A DNA stretch of 20,626 nt, taken from Okeania sp. Its GTDB lineage: Bacteria; Cyanobacteriota; Cyanobacteriia; Cyanobacteriales; Microcoleaceae. A program made the translations under genes and the position numbers. The DNA is taken from positions 1 through 20,626 of the forward strand of contig NZ_JAYKGW010000220.1 in the NCBI RefSeq assembly GCF_035285525.1, in the 5' to 3' direction. Below, piece after piece: positions 6,444-14,800 of the stretch. The notes beneath the pieces were generated by a model that worked only from the letters and a program-made list of their open reading frames with translations, was not told where the DNA came from and made no database searches. Each line of letters opens with the position of its first letter. Positions within the stretch are counted from its first letter, which is position 1.

Positions 6444-8396
6444 ATGGAAATTCCTCGCTATTCAAACCTGCCTCTTGTGGGTAAAATATTGATTCCTATG
6501 CTGTCCATTTTCCTGGGAACTTGGATAGTGGGAGCTTTGGCTGTAGGCTATACTACAACTAAGAGGCAAGAAAATGAATTGAAAATAGAAACTGAGCATA
6601 CTGCTGCTCATATAAGCTATGATTTTGGATTAACTAATGAGTTATTGAGTTTTAAGGCCAAATCTATTGCAGATAATTCTGAGTTTTCAGAAGCGGTTGC
6701 CAAGCAGAATAAACAGGATTTGTTGAGAATACTTTTGCCACTGCGCTCTAGCTTAGAATTGGATTTGGTAAAAGTAGTAGATACAGAAGGAATAATCCTA
6801 TCAAGATTGACAAACTCTACTATGGATAAAACTCCACTAAAAGATTTAAAGCTCCGTCAACTGGCGCAAAGTGGTTTAATTTTCAGCAAGTTGGTCTTGT
6901 CGCAAGACTCGAAAAAGCTTCTGTTAGTAAAGGTTATTTCGATTAAGTCCAGAGAGAGAATTATTGGTGGTCTTATTATTGGTAAGACTTTAACATCAGA
7001 AGTTATTCAGGAGATTTTGGATGATACCAGACAGCATTTAGTTTTCCTAGAAGATTCAAAGGTTATTATTTCAACTGTTGCAGTGGATGGCTCAATTGAG
7101 TGGTCAAAAATTACATCTCAAGATATTCTTCAGGAAATTGAAACTTCAGGAAAGTCTTACTTTGCTCAACGAATCGACTTCCCTGAGATTTTAAAAGAGC
7201 GCATTCATGTAGTTGTATTGACTCCACTGACATCTCTACATGAATCTCAACGGGAAATCTGGTTCCAAATTGGGAGTTTTGCTTTAATTGGTGGTTTGAT
7301 AGTTTCTGTACTTGGTTTTTGGATTACCCGTTTGGTGACGCGGCGAATTACTTTGCTAACAACAGCAACTCAAGAGTTAAGCAAAGGAGACCTGAGCATT
7401 CATTTGGAATTTAAGGGTAAGGATGAAATTTATACGCTCGCAACCAGCTTTAATGAGATGAGCGAACAACTCAATGAGCGCGATTTAAAGATTAAAAAAC
7501 AGCTACAAGAATTGGAGTTATTGGTAAAAAAACTTCAGCAAACTCCCCAATTAATTCAAACCGAGAAGATGGCAAGTTTAGGACAAATGGTAGCTGGAGT
7601 CGCCCATGAAATTAATAATCCTGTGGGTTTTATCTATGGTAATGTGTCACACGCTAAGGGATATGTGAACGATCTGGTAAATTTGGTGCGTTTATATCAG
7701 GAGCATTTCCCGGAGCGATCGCCTCTAATTTTAGAAGAAGAGGAAACTATTGAGATCGATTTTTTGATTGAGGATGTGTTCAAGCTATTAGATTCTATGA
7801 ATTATGGTGCGGAACGCATTAAAGAGATTGTCTCCAGTTTACGCAGTTTCTCGCGCCAGGATCAATTAGAGATGAAAAAAGTCAATATTCACGATGGTAT
7901 TGATAGTACCCTGACTATTTTAGGGCATCGTCTCAGTGCTAAGAGCGATCGCCCAGTTATTGAAGTAGTGAAAGATTACGGTAATTTACCTTTTGTTGAT
8001 TGCTTTGCGGGGCAACTTAATCAGGTGTTTATGAATTTGTTGACTAATGCTATTGATGCAATGGAAGAGCTAATTATTAAACAGAATATAGAGAAAAGTA
8101 GCGATCGCATAAGTTTCCAGCCACAAATTTCAATTAAAACTTATGTACTCAACGATAACTGGGTAACTATTGAAATTGCTGATAATGGTTCTGGTATTCC
8201 TGAAGATATTCGCAACAAATTATTCGATCCATTTTTTACAACTAAAGCAGTGGGAAAAGGAACAGGTTTAGGGTTATCAATTAGTTATCAGATTATTGTG
8301 GAAAAACATGGTGGGAAATTATGGTGTGAATCAGAATTAGGGGAAGCAACTAAATTTTTTATTTCTATTCCAGTAACTCCAAATATCTCTACATAA
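6444..8396 (+). CDS. Membrane sensor histidine kinase (two TM segments, about 240-aa periplasmic domain, HAMP, DHp, HATPase_c)
   Basis: TM1 is [22 protein letters not shown] and TM2 is [21 protein letters not shown], followed by a HAMP-like segment ([18 protein letters not shown]...FNEMSEQL). The H-box is [12 protein letters not shown] (H388, 7605-7607), the N-box is [14 protein letters not shown]1 is DNGSGIP and G2 is GTGLGLSIS. The gene sits 28 nt after the PstS-like gene. Confidence 0.9.
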   Translation: MEIPRYSNLPLVGKILIPMLSIFLGTWIVGALAVGYTTTKRQENELKIETEHTAAHISYDFGLTNELLSFKAKSIADNSEFSEAVAKQNKQDLLRILLPLRSSLELDLVKVVDTEGIILSRLTNSTMDKTPLKDLKLRQLAQSGLIFSKLVLSQDSKKLLLVKVISIKSRERIIGGLIIGKTLTSEVIQEILDDTRQHLVFLEDSKVIISTVAVDGSIEWSKITSQDILQEIETSGKSYFAQRIDFPEILKERIHVVVLTPLTSLHESQREIWFQIGSFALIGGLIVSVLGFWITRLVTRRITLLTTATQELSKGDLSIHLEFKGKDEIYTLATSFNEMSEQLNERDLKIKKQLQELELLVKKLQQTPQLIQTEKMASLGQMVAGVAHEINNPVGFIYGNVSHAKGYVNDLVNLVRLYQEHFPERSPLILEEEETIEIDFLIEDVFKLLDSMNYGAERIKEIVSSLRSFSRQDQLEMKKVNIHDGIDSTLTILGHRLSAKSDRPVIEVVKDYGNLPFVDCFAGQLNQVFMNLLTNAIDAMEELIIKQNIEKSSDRISFQPQISIKTYVLNDNWVTIEIADNGSGIPEDIRNKLFDPFFTTKAVGKGTGLGLSISYQIIVEKHGGKLWCESELGEATKFFISIPVTPNIST

Positions 8397-8527
8397 ATTA
8401 TCTAGCTGAAGTTTTGTCATCTATAGGTTCACCTCTATAAAAAGTAACACAGGCTTCAAGGCTATAACAAGCAAGATGCTTGTGTTACCATTTATTACTA
8501 AATAAAATATTGTTAATTCTTGAATTT

Positions 8528-9112
8528 TTACTCTTCTTGAAATTTCTCATCATTTAAAACTTGTTTCTTGTTATCTACTTCTAATGCTATAACTTCTTGA
8601 CTACCTCCGATAAAACTCTTCTTATAATCAATTGGCAATAAAATACTTGAAGCTTCCTTCACTTCCAAAATTAATGCTTGCCCACTACCGCTAAATAAAC
8701 GAATAACTGCATAAGAAACTAACACTGGTGAAGCTAATATCAAAGCAGCTATCATTCCCACAGGAGCCACTAATTGATAAACAATTAAAGAAGTAGGTTG
8801 AAACTCTTCATATTGAGAAAACACTCTAGATAACCACCACACTAATAATGCCATTACCGCAAATCCGAAAAGAGTAACAATCGAAGGTATAATAAAAGAC
8901 AAAAATACAGCCATTACTCCAATTAAAGCACCCCAACCTTGAGCAACTATTTTCTGTGATAGGTCAGAAACCATAATCGTTCCATGCACAAACCAAACGA
9001 TAAATCCCAAGACTAATGTAATTGCTGAACCTGCCAAAAAAATGTTAACGCCCTTAATAAAAAGTTGCTTAACCTCATTATTTTTTAACTTAAATTGTTT
9101 CTGGTTTTCCAT
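8528..9112 (-). CDS. Hypothetical integral membrane protein (about 4 TM segments plus an acidic C-terminal tail)
   Basis: 194-aa ORF with four clear hydrophobic segments. It is convergent with the histidine kinase. I do not recognise the family. Confidence 0.6.
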   Translation of the reverse strand: MENQKQFKLKNNEVKQLFIKGVNIFLAGSAITLVLGFIVWFVHGTIMVSDLSQKIVAQGWGALIGVMAVFLSFIIPSIVTLFGFAVMALLVWWLSRVFSQYEEFQPTSLIVYQLVAPVGMIAALILASPVLVSYAVIRLFSGSGQALILEVKEASSILLPIDYKKSFIGGSQEVIALEVDNKKQVLNDEKFQEE

Positions 9113-9436
9113 TTTTTTATTCCCCTACCATATAAACTTTTGATATTAAATTTAGTTGCCAATGCCTGTTATTTTTAAAATTCTTCTTTTCTATATCACA
9201 TTCTACAGGAAGCTCCCCTAATGACCGCTTTTTCTCCATAATATGGAAAGGCTTTATACCTTGATTTTTCGGTAATAGAGGAAAAAGAATAGAAAATACC
9301 ATAATATATCATAATTATTCTACTTTCCCATATCATTTTCCACATTTCTAAATATATTAAAAATTGGTTCTATAGGTTTACCATTCCGTAGTAGTATGAC
9401 ACTAAACTATTTTGATTAGGAATATCCTAGAAAACT

Positions 9437-9895
9437 ATGCTCAACACAATTGCTACTCAGATTAGAAAGTGGTTCCCAGCAACAGAGGTTAGCGCTCACT
9501 GTGATGGCCCTTGCGGTGTTTATGACCCTGCTTCGGCTCGAATTTATGCTGAAGCGGTATTATCCATGACTAAGAAAATCTTAGACCTCGATCCAAAAGC
9601 TGGAGATCATAAGACTGCTAATACTCTTTCTCGCTATATTGCAATTAAGGAAGAGCAAGCTCAAAAAACTAAGGAAGATTTACTCGTTCTTTGGACTGAT
9701 TATTTCAAGCCTGTACATTTAGAAAAGTATCCAGACCTCCACGATACTTTTTGGAAAGCTGCTAAACTTTGCTCTGCTTGTAAAGTAGAGGTTAGTTTGG
9801 AACACGCTACTGAGTTATTAGAGACTGTGGAGAAAATTCACAATATGTTCTGGGCTACTAAGGAACGTGATGTAGCTTGGGTTAAGGCTAGCTAA
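9437..9895 (+). CDS. sodN: Nickel-containing superoxide dismutase precursor (NiSOD)
   Basis: A 20-aa leader is followed by the Ni-hook HCDGPCGVYDP (canonical HCxxPCGVY). The downstream LWTDYFKP.H.EKYP.LH and IHNMFWATK segments match the four-helix NiSOD body as known from Streptomyces and marine cyanobacteria. Confidence 0.9.
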   Translation: MLNTIATQIRKWFPATEVSAHCDGPCGVYDPASARIYAEAVLSMTKKILDLDPKAGDHKTANTLSRYIAIKEEQAQKTKEDLLVLWTDYFKPVHLEKYPDLHDTFWKAAKLCSACKVEVSLEHATELLETVEKIHNMFWATKERDVAWVKAS

Positions 9896-10044
9896 TTTAT
9901 AAGCAATAAGCTGTCAGCTAACAGCTATTAGCTGCCTATTCGCCTATTCTAAGGTCGTACATTATTTGTCTGAAATGTGCTGTACTTTTAAGGTATGGGC
10001 GGAGTCTGATAGTTGAATAGTTAAGCTAATTTTTTTAGTTTGAG

Positions 10045-10416
10045 GTGGTAGGCAAAAAGTTGATACAAGAAAGTAATAAGAAAGAGTTATTACTTTGGTT
10101 ATTGAGATTACGTCAACGGTTTTGTGTTACTGGACTTTCTATGTTTCCTGTGCTAAAGCCAGGGGAGGAAGTTCTGGTAGATACAAGAGCCTACCGCCAC
10201 TTTTTACCAGAAATTGGGGATTTGGTGGTGGCGAAACATCCCCATCGTCAAGATTTAAGAATAATTAAGTGGGTTGCCTTAGTTGATGAAAAAGGTAACT
10301 GTTTTTTATTGGGAGAAAATAAAGAAGAAAGTAGCGATAGTCGTTCTTTTGGTGTTGTGAGTTCCCAACAAATTATAGGTAGAGTTACTAGCAGATTCCC
10401 TGAATATAATCAATAA
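10045..10416 (+). CDS. sodX: NiSOD maturation protease (S26 signal-peptidase-like)
   Basis: The motifs GLSMFPVLKPGEEVLVD (catalytic Ser, SMxP), GDLVVAKHP, RIIKWV (general-base Lys region) and GENKEESSDSRSFG (GDN..S.DSR) are S26 hallmarks. The gene lies directly downstream of sodN. The GTG start at 10045 is uncertain. Confidence 0.8.
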   Translation: MVGKKLIQESNKKELLLWLLRLRQRFCVTGLSMFPVLKPGEEVLVDTRAYRHFLPEIGDLVVAKHPHRQDLRIIKWVALVDEKGNCFLLGENKEESSDSRSFGVVSSQQIIGRVTSRFPEYNQ

Positions 10417-10829
10417 TTCTCAAGAAAAATTATAATTGCTGATATCTCAACAATTATAATTCTAAGTAGCTTTACATCTTTTATTTACTGCTAAATTTTA
10501 GAAATTAAATGCCCAAAATATAAAGTTTTTAGCAGTAAAAATTTGGGGAGAATTATCTGTTTTTAATCACACCAAAATAGACGGCGTTTCTCTTGCTGAA
10601 AAACTGCCATTTTTGGCAAGATTTTCTCAAAAAAGCCAACATTGATGGCAGCATTAAAGAGAGAAAATTTTCTGTGATTTTTAGTCGTGAGCAATTTTAT
10701 TCAGAATGCGATCGCTCATTTCAGTATCGACTTAATACTCAGTCCTATTCTGTGTTTTGCCCATGACTGGAAAATTGTTCTTTGGTCTCTAATTGTGGTA
10801 TCATAGCTTCAATCAAAATACATCGCTTT

Positions 10830-10859
10830 GGCCACTAACTTCTAGTGGTCATTTTTTTT
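10830..10859 (+). terminator. Intrinsic terminator with no associated ORF
   Basis: The stem ggccacta (10830-10837) / tagtggtc (10843-10850) has 8 bp including one G-U pair, with a 5-nt loop. It is followed by A then T8 (10852-10859). Confidence 0.55.
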
Positions 10860-11122
10860 GTCTTCAGGTTTAAAAGTCTATTGCAAGTCCATAAGTCATT
10901 GCTATTGGCCTTTTGAACCAAAGTACATTACATACTTATTGCAACTAATATTCAATAGTTTTTAGGTTTTGTCAAGGTTTTTCTGAGATTTTTTATGATT
11001 AAGTTTTGTAACATAAATAAATCAAATCTTAATGATTCCCTTTAAGATAAGCAGAACAGGCTTATGGCAATGGTTGCAAGTAAATTAATGAAAATTATTA
11101 TTATTAAAATCTCAAAAAAGTA

Positions 11123-11151
11123 TTGACAATAATTTGCATTAGGTTGATAAT
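11123..11151 (+). promoter_or_regulatory. Sigma70-type promoter TTGACA-N17-GATAAT
   Basis: TTGACA lies at 11123-11128, followed by a 17-nt spacer and GATAAT at 11146-11151, in an AT-rich context. No ORF follows. Confidence 0.45.
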
Positions 11152-11157
11152 AATAAT

Positions 11158-11268
11158 CACGTTGCTTATGGTGTTCTTCTCTCTGGTAGGACAACGTATT
11201 TATCGAGTCCCTCAGTCTCAATGATTATGTTTTGTTGGTAGACTGGAAAGCAATAGGGACTCTTTTTT
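11158..11268 (+). ncRNA. Candidate small RNA of about 105-110 nt (two stem-loops, the second a terminator)
   Basis: The predicted transcription start is just after the promoter at 11123-11151. SL1 pairs acgttg (11159-11164) with caacgt (11192-11197), and its loop is CU-rich (cttatggtgttcttctctctggtagga). SL2 pairs gagtccct+cagtct (11205-11218) with agactg (11240-11245) and agggactc (11255-11262), followed by T6 (11263-11268). There is no ORF. Confidence 0.35.
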
Positions 11269-11333
11269 ATTTTGGGTCTATAGAAACCATTTTGTATCTT
11301 TGCACGCGCTGCGAGTTTGTGGCAACTGAAAAA

Positions 11334-11512
11334 GGGCGGGTTTCACCATCTTGTAGGGGCGGGTCTTTCAAGTAAGCTAAGGAGTCTTCAGGTTAAGCTA
11401 GCTAGACCCGCCCCCTATCTTGCGTTCGCACACAGGGCGGGTCTTTCAAGTAAGCTAAGGAGTCTTCAGGTTAAGCTAGCTAGACCCGCCCCCTATCTTG
11501 CGTTCGCACACA
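11334..11512. repeat. Perfect tandem duplication (2 x 78 bp) of a GC-clamped hairpin repeat, preceded by a partial copy
   Basis: Units 11357-11434 and 11435-11512 are identical by eye. Each contains gggcgggtct ... agacccgccc (a 10-bp stem with a 37-nt loop carrying taaggag). A partial copy, gggcgggttt, lies at 11334-11343. This is the same family as 60-115, in the opposite orientation. Confidence 0.85.
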
Positions 11513-11671
11513 CCTAGGTAAAAGAAACCGGGTTTCTGGAGACATACAAATGTTTGATTCTCCTTGGGAATTTAGCTTTGCGCTAAGGAATCTATTCCTT
11601 GGCGCTTTTGACTTCTGCCTTTCACCAAAGTCTAATTATTCAACCGGACATGATATAAAACTGTATTTCTG

Positions 11672-11692
11672 ACTCCCTACTCCCTATTCCCT
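11672..11692. repeat. Short tandem heptamer repeat (STRR-like): ACTCCCT ACTCCCT ATTCCCT
   Basis: Read directly from the sequence: three consecutive heptamers. Confidence 0.6.
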
Positions 11693-11815
11693 ATAATAAC
11701 TTAAACTTTCGTAAAAAAGGTATTTAAAATTCTCTATCCGGTACGATCAATCTACATTTATTCATCTATTACCCTCATTTCTATTTCGTTTTCTCTAAAT
11801 TGTTCATAATTCTAC

Positions 11816-11844
11816 TTGACAGAATCTTCAAATTAGATCACAAT
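11816..11844 (+). promoter_or_regulatory. Possible promoter of the giant gene: TTGACA-N17-CACAAT
   Basis: TTGACA lies at 11816-11821, followed by a 17-nt spacer and CACAAT at 11839-11844, about 55 nt upstream of the GTG start. Confidence 0.3.
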
Positions 11845-11897
11845 AAGTTCAGGCTGCATCTCAAATAAAAAATACATATATTTGGGAGTAATAAAAA

Positions 11898-14800
11898 GTG
11901 GAAAAATCCAAAATATTCTCGGATTTCCAGATAGAAGGTCCTAACTCAGTACCATATCAACTATTTAATGTATTAGTTCCCGGAACTATAGAAGTAGAGG
12001 TTGATTGGGAAGGTCAAGGTGAAAAATTAACTGTTTCACTAGAAGGTCGGCGCGATTTTGGAAGTCGAAAACCTCCTGTTCAAATTACAGATTCTTCTGC
12101 TTCTCCTCTAAAACTAACTTATGATGTCACAGAAGAAGACATTGCCAGGGGTGTTGGTTGGCGGTTAGTGATTCGGGGTGAAGATGGAACAAATATTAAG
12201 GGAGATGTTAAAATTATCACTCCTTTTGACCCAGATGTTTATGAAACCTTTGAACAGCAAAAAATTAGTCTGCGTAGTGGTGACTTCCTTCCCACACGGA
12301 CTTTAGAGAAAGACTTTTTTGAAGAACTGAATGAAGATAAAAGTTCAAAAGGATTGCATGGTATTATCACCCTGAATAGAACACCAGAACATGATGAACT
12401 TTTAAAACTGGAAAAAGCAGGAATAGATCGCCAGAGTTTTCTGCCTGGGAAACACGCCTTTGGATTAGTTGAGGAAGATTTCGACCCCTCAGACCCCAAC
12501 ATTCCTCCTAAATTAATTCGTAGTATTACACCCTTAACACCAGAAGATAAAATTGCGCCCGATATTTTGGTGGGAAATTATCAGGAATACTTTATCCCAG
12601 AAAGAAAAGAGAATTACGTTCTGAATGATAATGGTACTCTCCGACTATCTGTCTTATTTGCACAAGATACTCCTCTGGAAACTATTCGTCAGTCAATTTT
12701 GAAGCGGGAGGCTATTTCTTTTTCTCCCATTAGCGATAATCTTTGGGAAGTTGAGATTGAGGAAAAAAATCTCATTAGTCTAGCAAGTTACGACCAAGTT
12801 GAATGGATAGATCCAGGTTCCTTCCCAGATTTACCAGAAAATGATAATACTCGTTCAGTTGTTAACGTAGATAATGTTCAAGATGCTCAAACTGATGGCA
12901 TGGGGAACCTGATTTTATCCGGTGGGTTTCCAGTTTATGACGGGTTATCTGGTGATGGTGTGACTGTGGGGGTAGATGATAGTGGTATTGATGCCTCTCA
13001 TCCAGACTTAAATGTGGTTGCGGATAGACCTGCAAGTAGTTTTCATGGAACCCATGTTGGGGGTATTATTGCAGGTAATGGTTCTCAAAGTAATTCTAAT
13101 GGTGGTACGCCTTTTGAATGGCGAGGTATGGCTCCCAATGCAGGTTTAATTGATTCTGACGACCTGATTAACACTGCCAATGTCTTAAACGCAATAGATA
13201 ATAATTCTCTAGATGTCTCTAACCATTCTCATGCGGTGAGTCCTGATGGAAATTATAGCGGTAATAACCAAACTATTGATCGATTAATTCGAGGGGGTGC
13301 AACTGCTGGGGGTGAACTTGTTCCGGAAAGACCGAAAGTGTTTTCTGCTGGCAACGGAGGTAGTAGCGCTCAATATGGAAATCAATTAGGATATTATTCT
13401 ATTACCAAACAAGTCAAAAATGCTGTTGTAGTGGGAAATTGGAATGCTTCTGATGGAGATGGAAACATTAATAATGATTTTCTCAGCACAGGTAGTAGTC
13501 TCGGACCAGCTTATGATGGTCGGATTAAACCTGATGTCGTAGCACCAGGAACTAATATCAGGTCAACCAATACCAGTAATGGTTATGGATCAAGTAGCGG
13601 AACTTCTATGGCTTCCCCTGCAGTCGCTGGTATTCATGCTTTATTGTTAGAAGGTTGGCAAAATACTTACAGTACCCCTCTAGGCACAACAATTGACGAT
13701 CGCCCTCCTTTACCATCTACCCTCAGAGCATTATTAATTCAAACCGCAGTTGATATCGTTGATGATGATGTTCGGAACAATACACTTACTGAGATTGATT
13801 CTGATAGCAATCAAGCTAATGGTAATGACGGTAATGGACGAGTCACCGCAACTGAAGGTCCCGACTATGCTACTGGTTGGGGTTTAGTGGATGCAGAAGC
13901 TGCAGTTGAAGTCATGCAGGATTTTCGTCTAGAAGGTGGTGTTCCCATTCCTAATCGCATTATTCAAGATGCAGTCATGCACAATGGAATCATTGAATAT
14001 AATTTTGTTGTGGATGAAGATTTTATTGATTCTGGCGATCCACTCAAATTGACATTAGCTTGGGATGATTTTGAGGGAGCCATTCAAAATCCTGCTATCA
14101 ACCCCACGTTAGTAAATGACCTTGATTTAGAAATAGTCGCCCCAGACGGTACAATATTCTACCCTTGGCAGTTAGGTCATACAATAGAAGACTTAATGGG
14201 TAATCCCTTGCCGAATAATGCTCAACCCCCTGGAACAGCAATTTCTATTAATCAAGAGATTACCCCGACCCTCACACCTGCCATCAATAATGACTACATT
14301 CCTGCTAATGCTTTAACTGGAAATGGAGCTTGGGTAGCAACACGAGGGAAAGACCATCTCAACAATGTGGAACAGGTGTTAGTTGATAGTGCAGATTTAG
14401 AAGAAGGTCATTGGACAGCTCGTGTGATTGGTTTTGATGTGCAAGCAGGTACAGCACAAGACTATTCTTTAGTAGGTTTTCCCTATCCTGAGTTACCAGA
14501 CTTAGTTGCATTCAGTAACGATAAAGTTAGCTTACCTTCTGGTGGGGGAACAGTTGAATTTGATTGGACAGTTAGTAATACTGGGGAGCTAGGAACAGGA
14601 ACTAATTTTGAATATGAGGTTTTACTTTCTACAGATTTCTTTGCTGATGCAAGTGATGTCGTTTTAACTGATACTAATCAAGCAAGTCTCGGACCTCTAG
14701 CTACAGGTGCTTCATTAAACCGTACTAGCGAAGTCACCATTAATAATTCTCATGCTGCACAACTTCTCGGTCCAGGTTCCACAGTTGACGACCTCATTGA

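Noticed and set aside
8444-8488. Hairpin gtaacacaggc...gcttgtgttac between the convergent kinase and membrane-protein genes, as a bidirectional terminator
   Set aside because: The 11-bp stem (one G-U pair) has a roughly 23-nt loop with a competing inner hairpin, and no U/A tracts on either side. It is plausible but too weak to list as a feature.
9117-9302. 61-aa minus-strand ORF immediately upstream of the membrane-protein gene
   Set aside because: It has no recognisable motif, it is barely above the ORF cut-off, and it lies in the divergent promoter region shared with sodN. It could be a real co-transcribed small protein, but the sequence alone does not support calling it.
11334-11512. Possible CRISPR array
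   Set aside because: There are only two directly abutting identical 78-bp units with no unique spacers. The unit length and internal long hairpin do not fit CRISPR repeats, and no cas genes are in the window.
11317-11517. 66-aa ORF with internally repeated peptide (GLSSKLRSLQVKLARPAPYLAFAH x2)
   Set aside because: It is simply the translation of the perfect 78-bp tandem hairpin repeat. The repeat family also occurs in the opposite orientation elsewhere, so coding is implausible.
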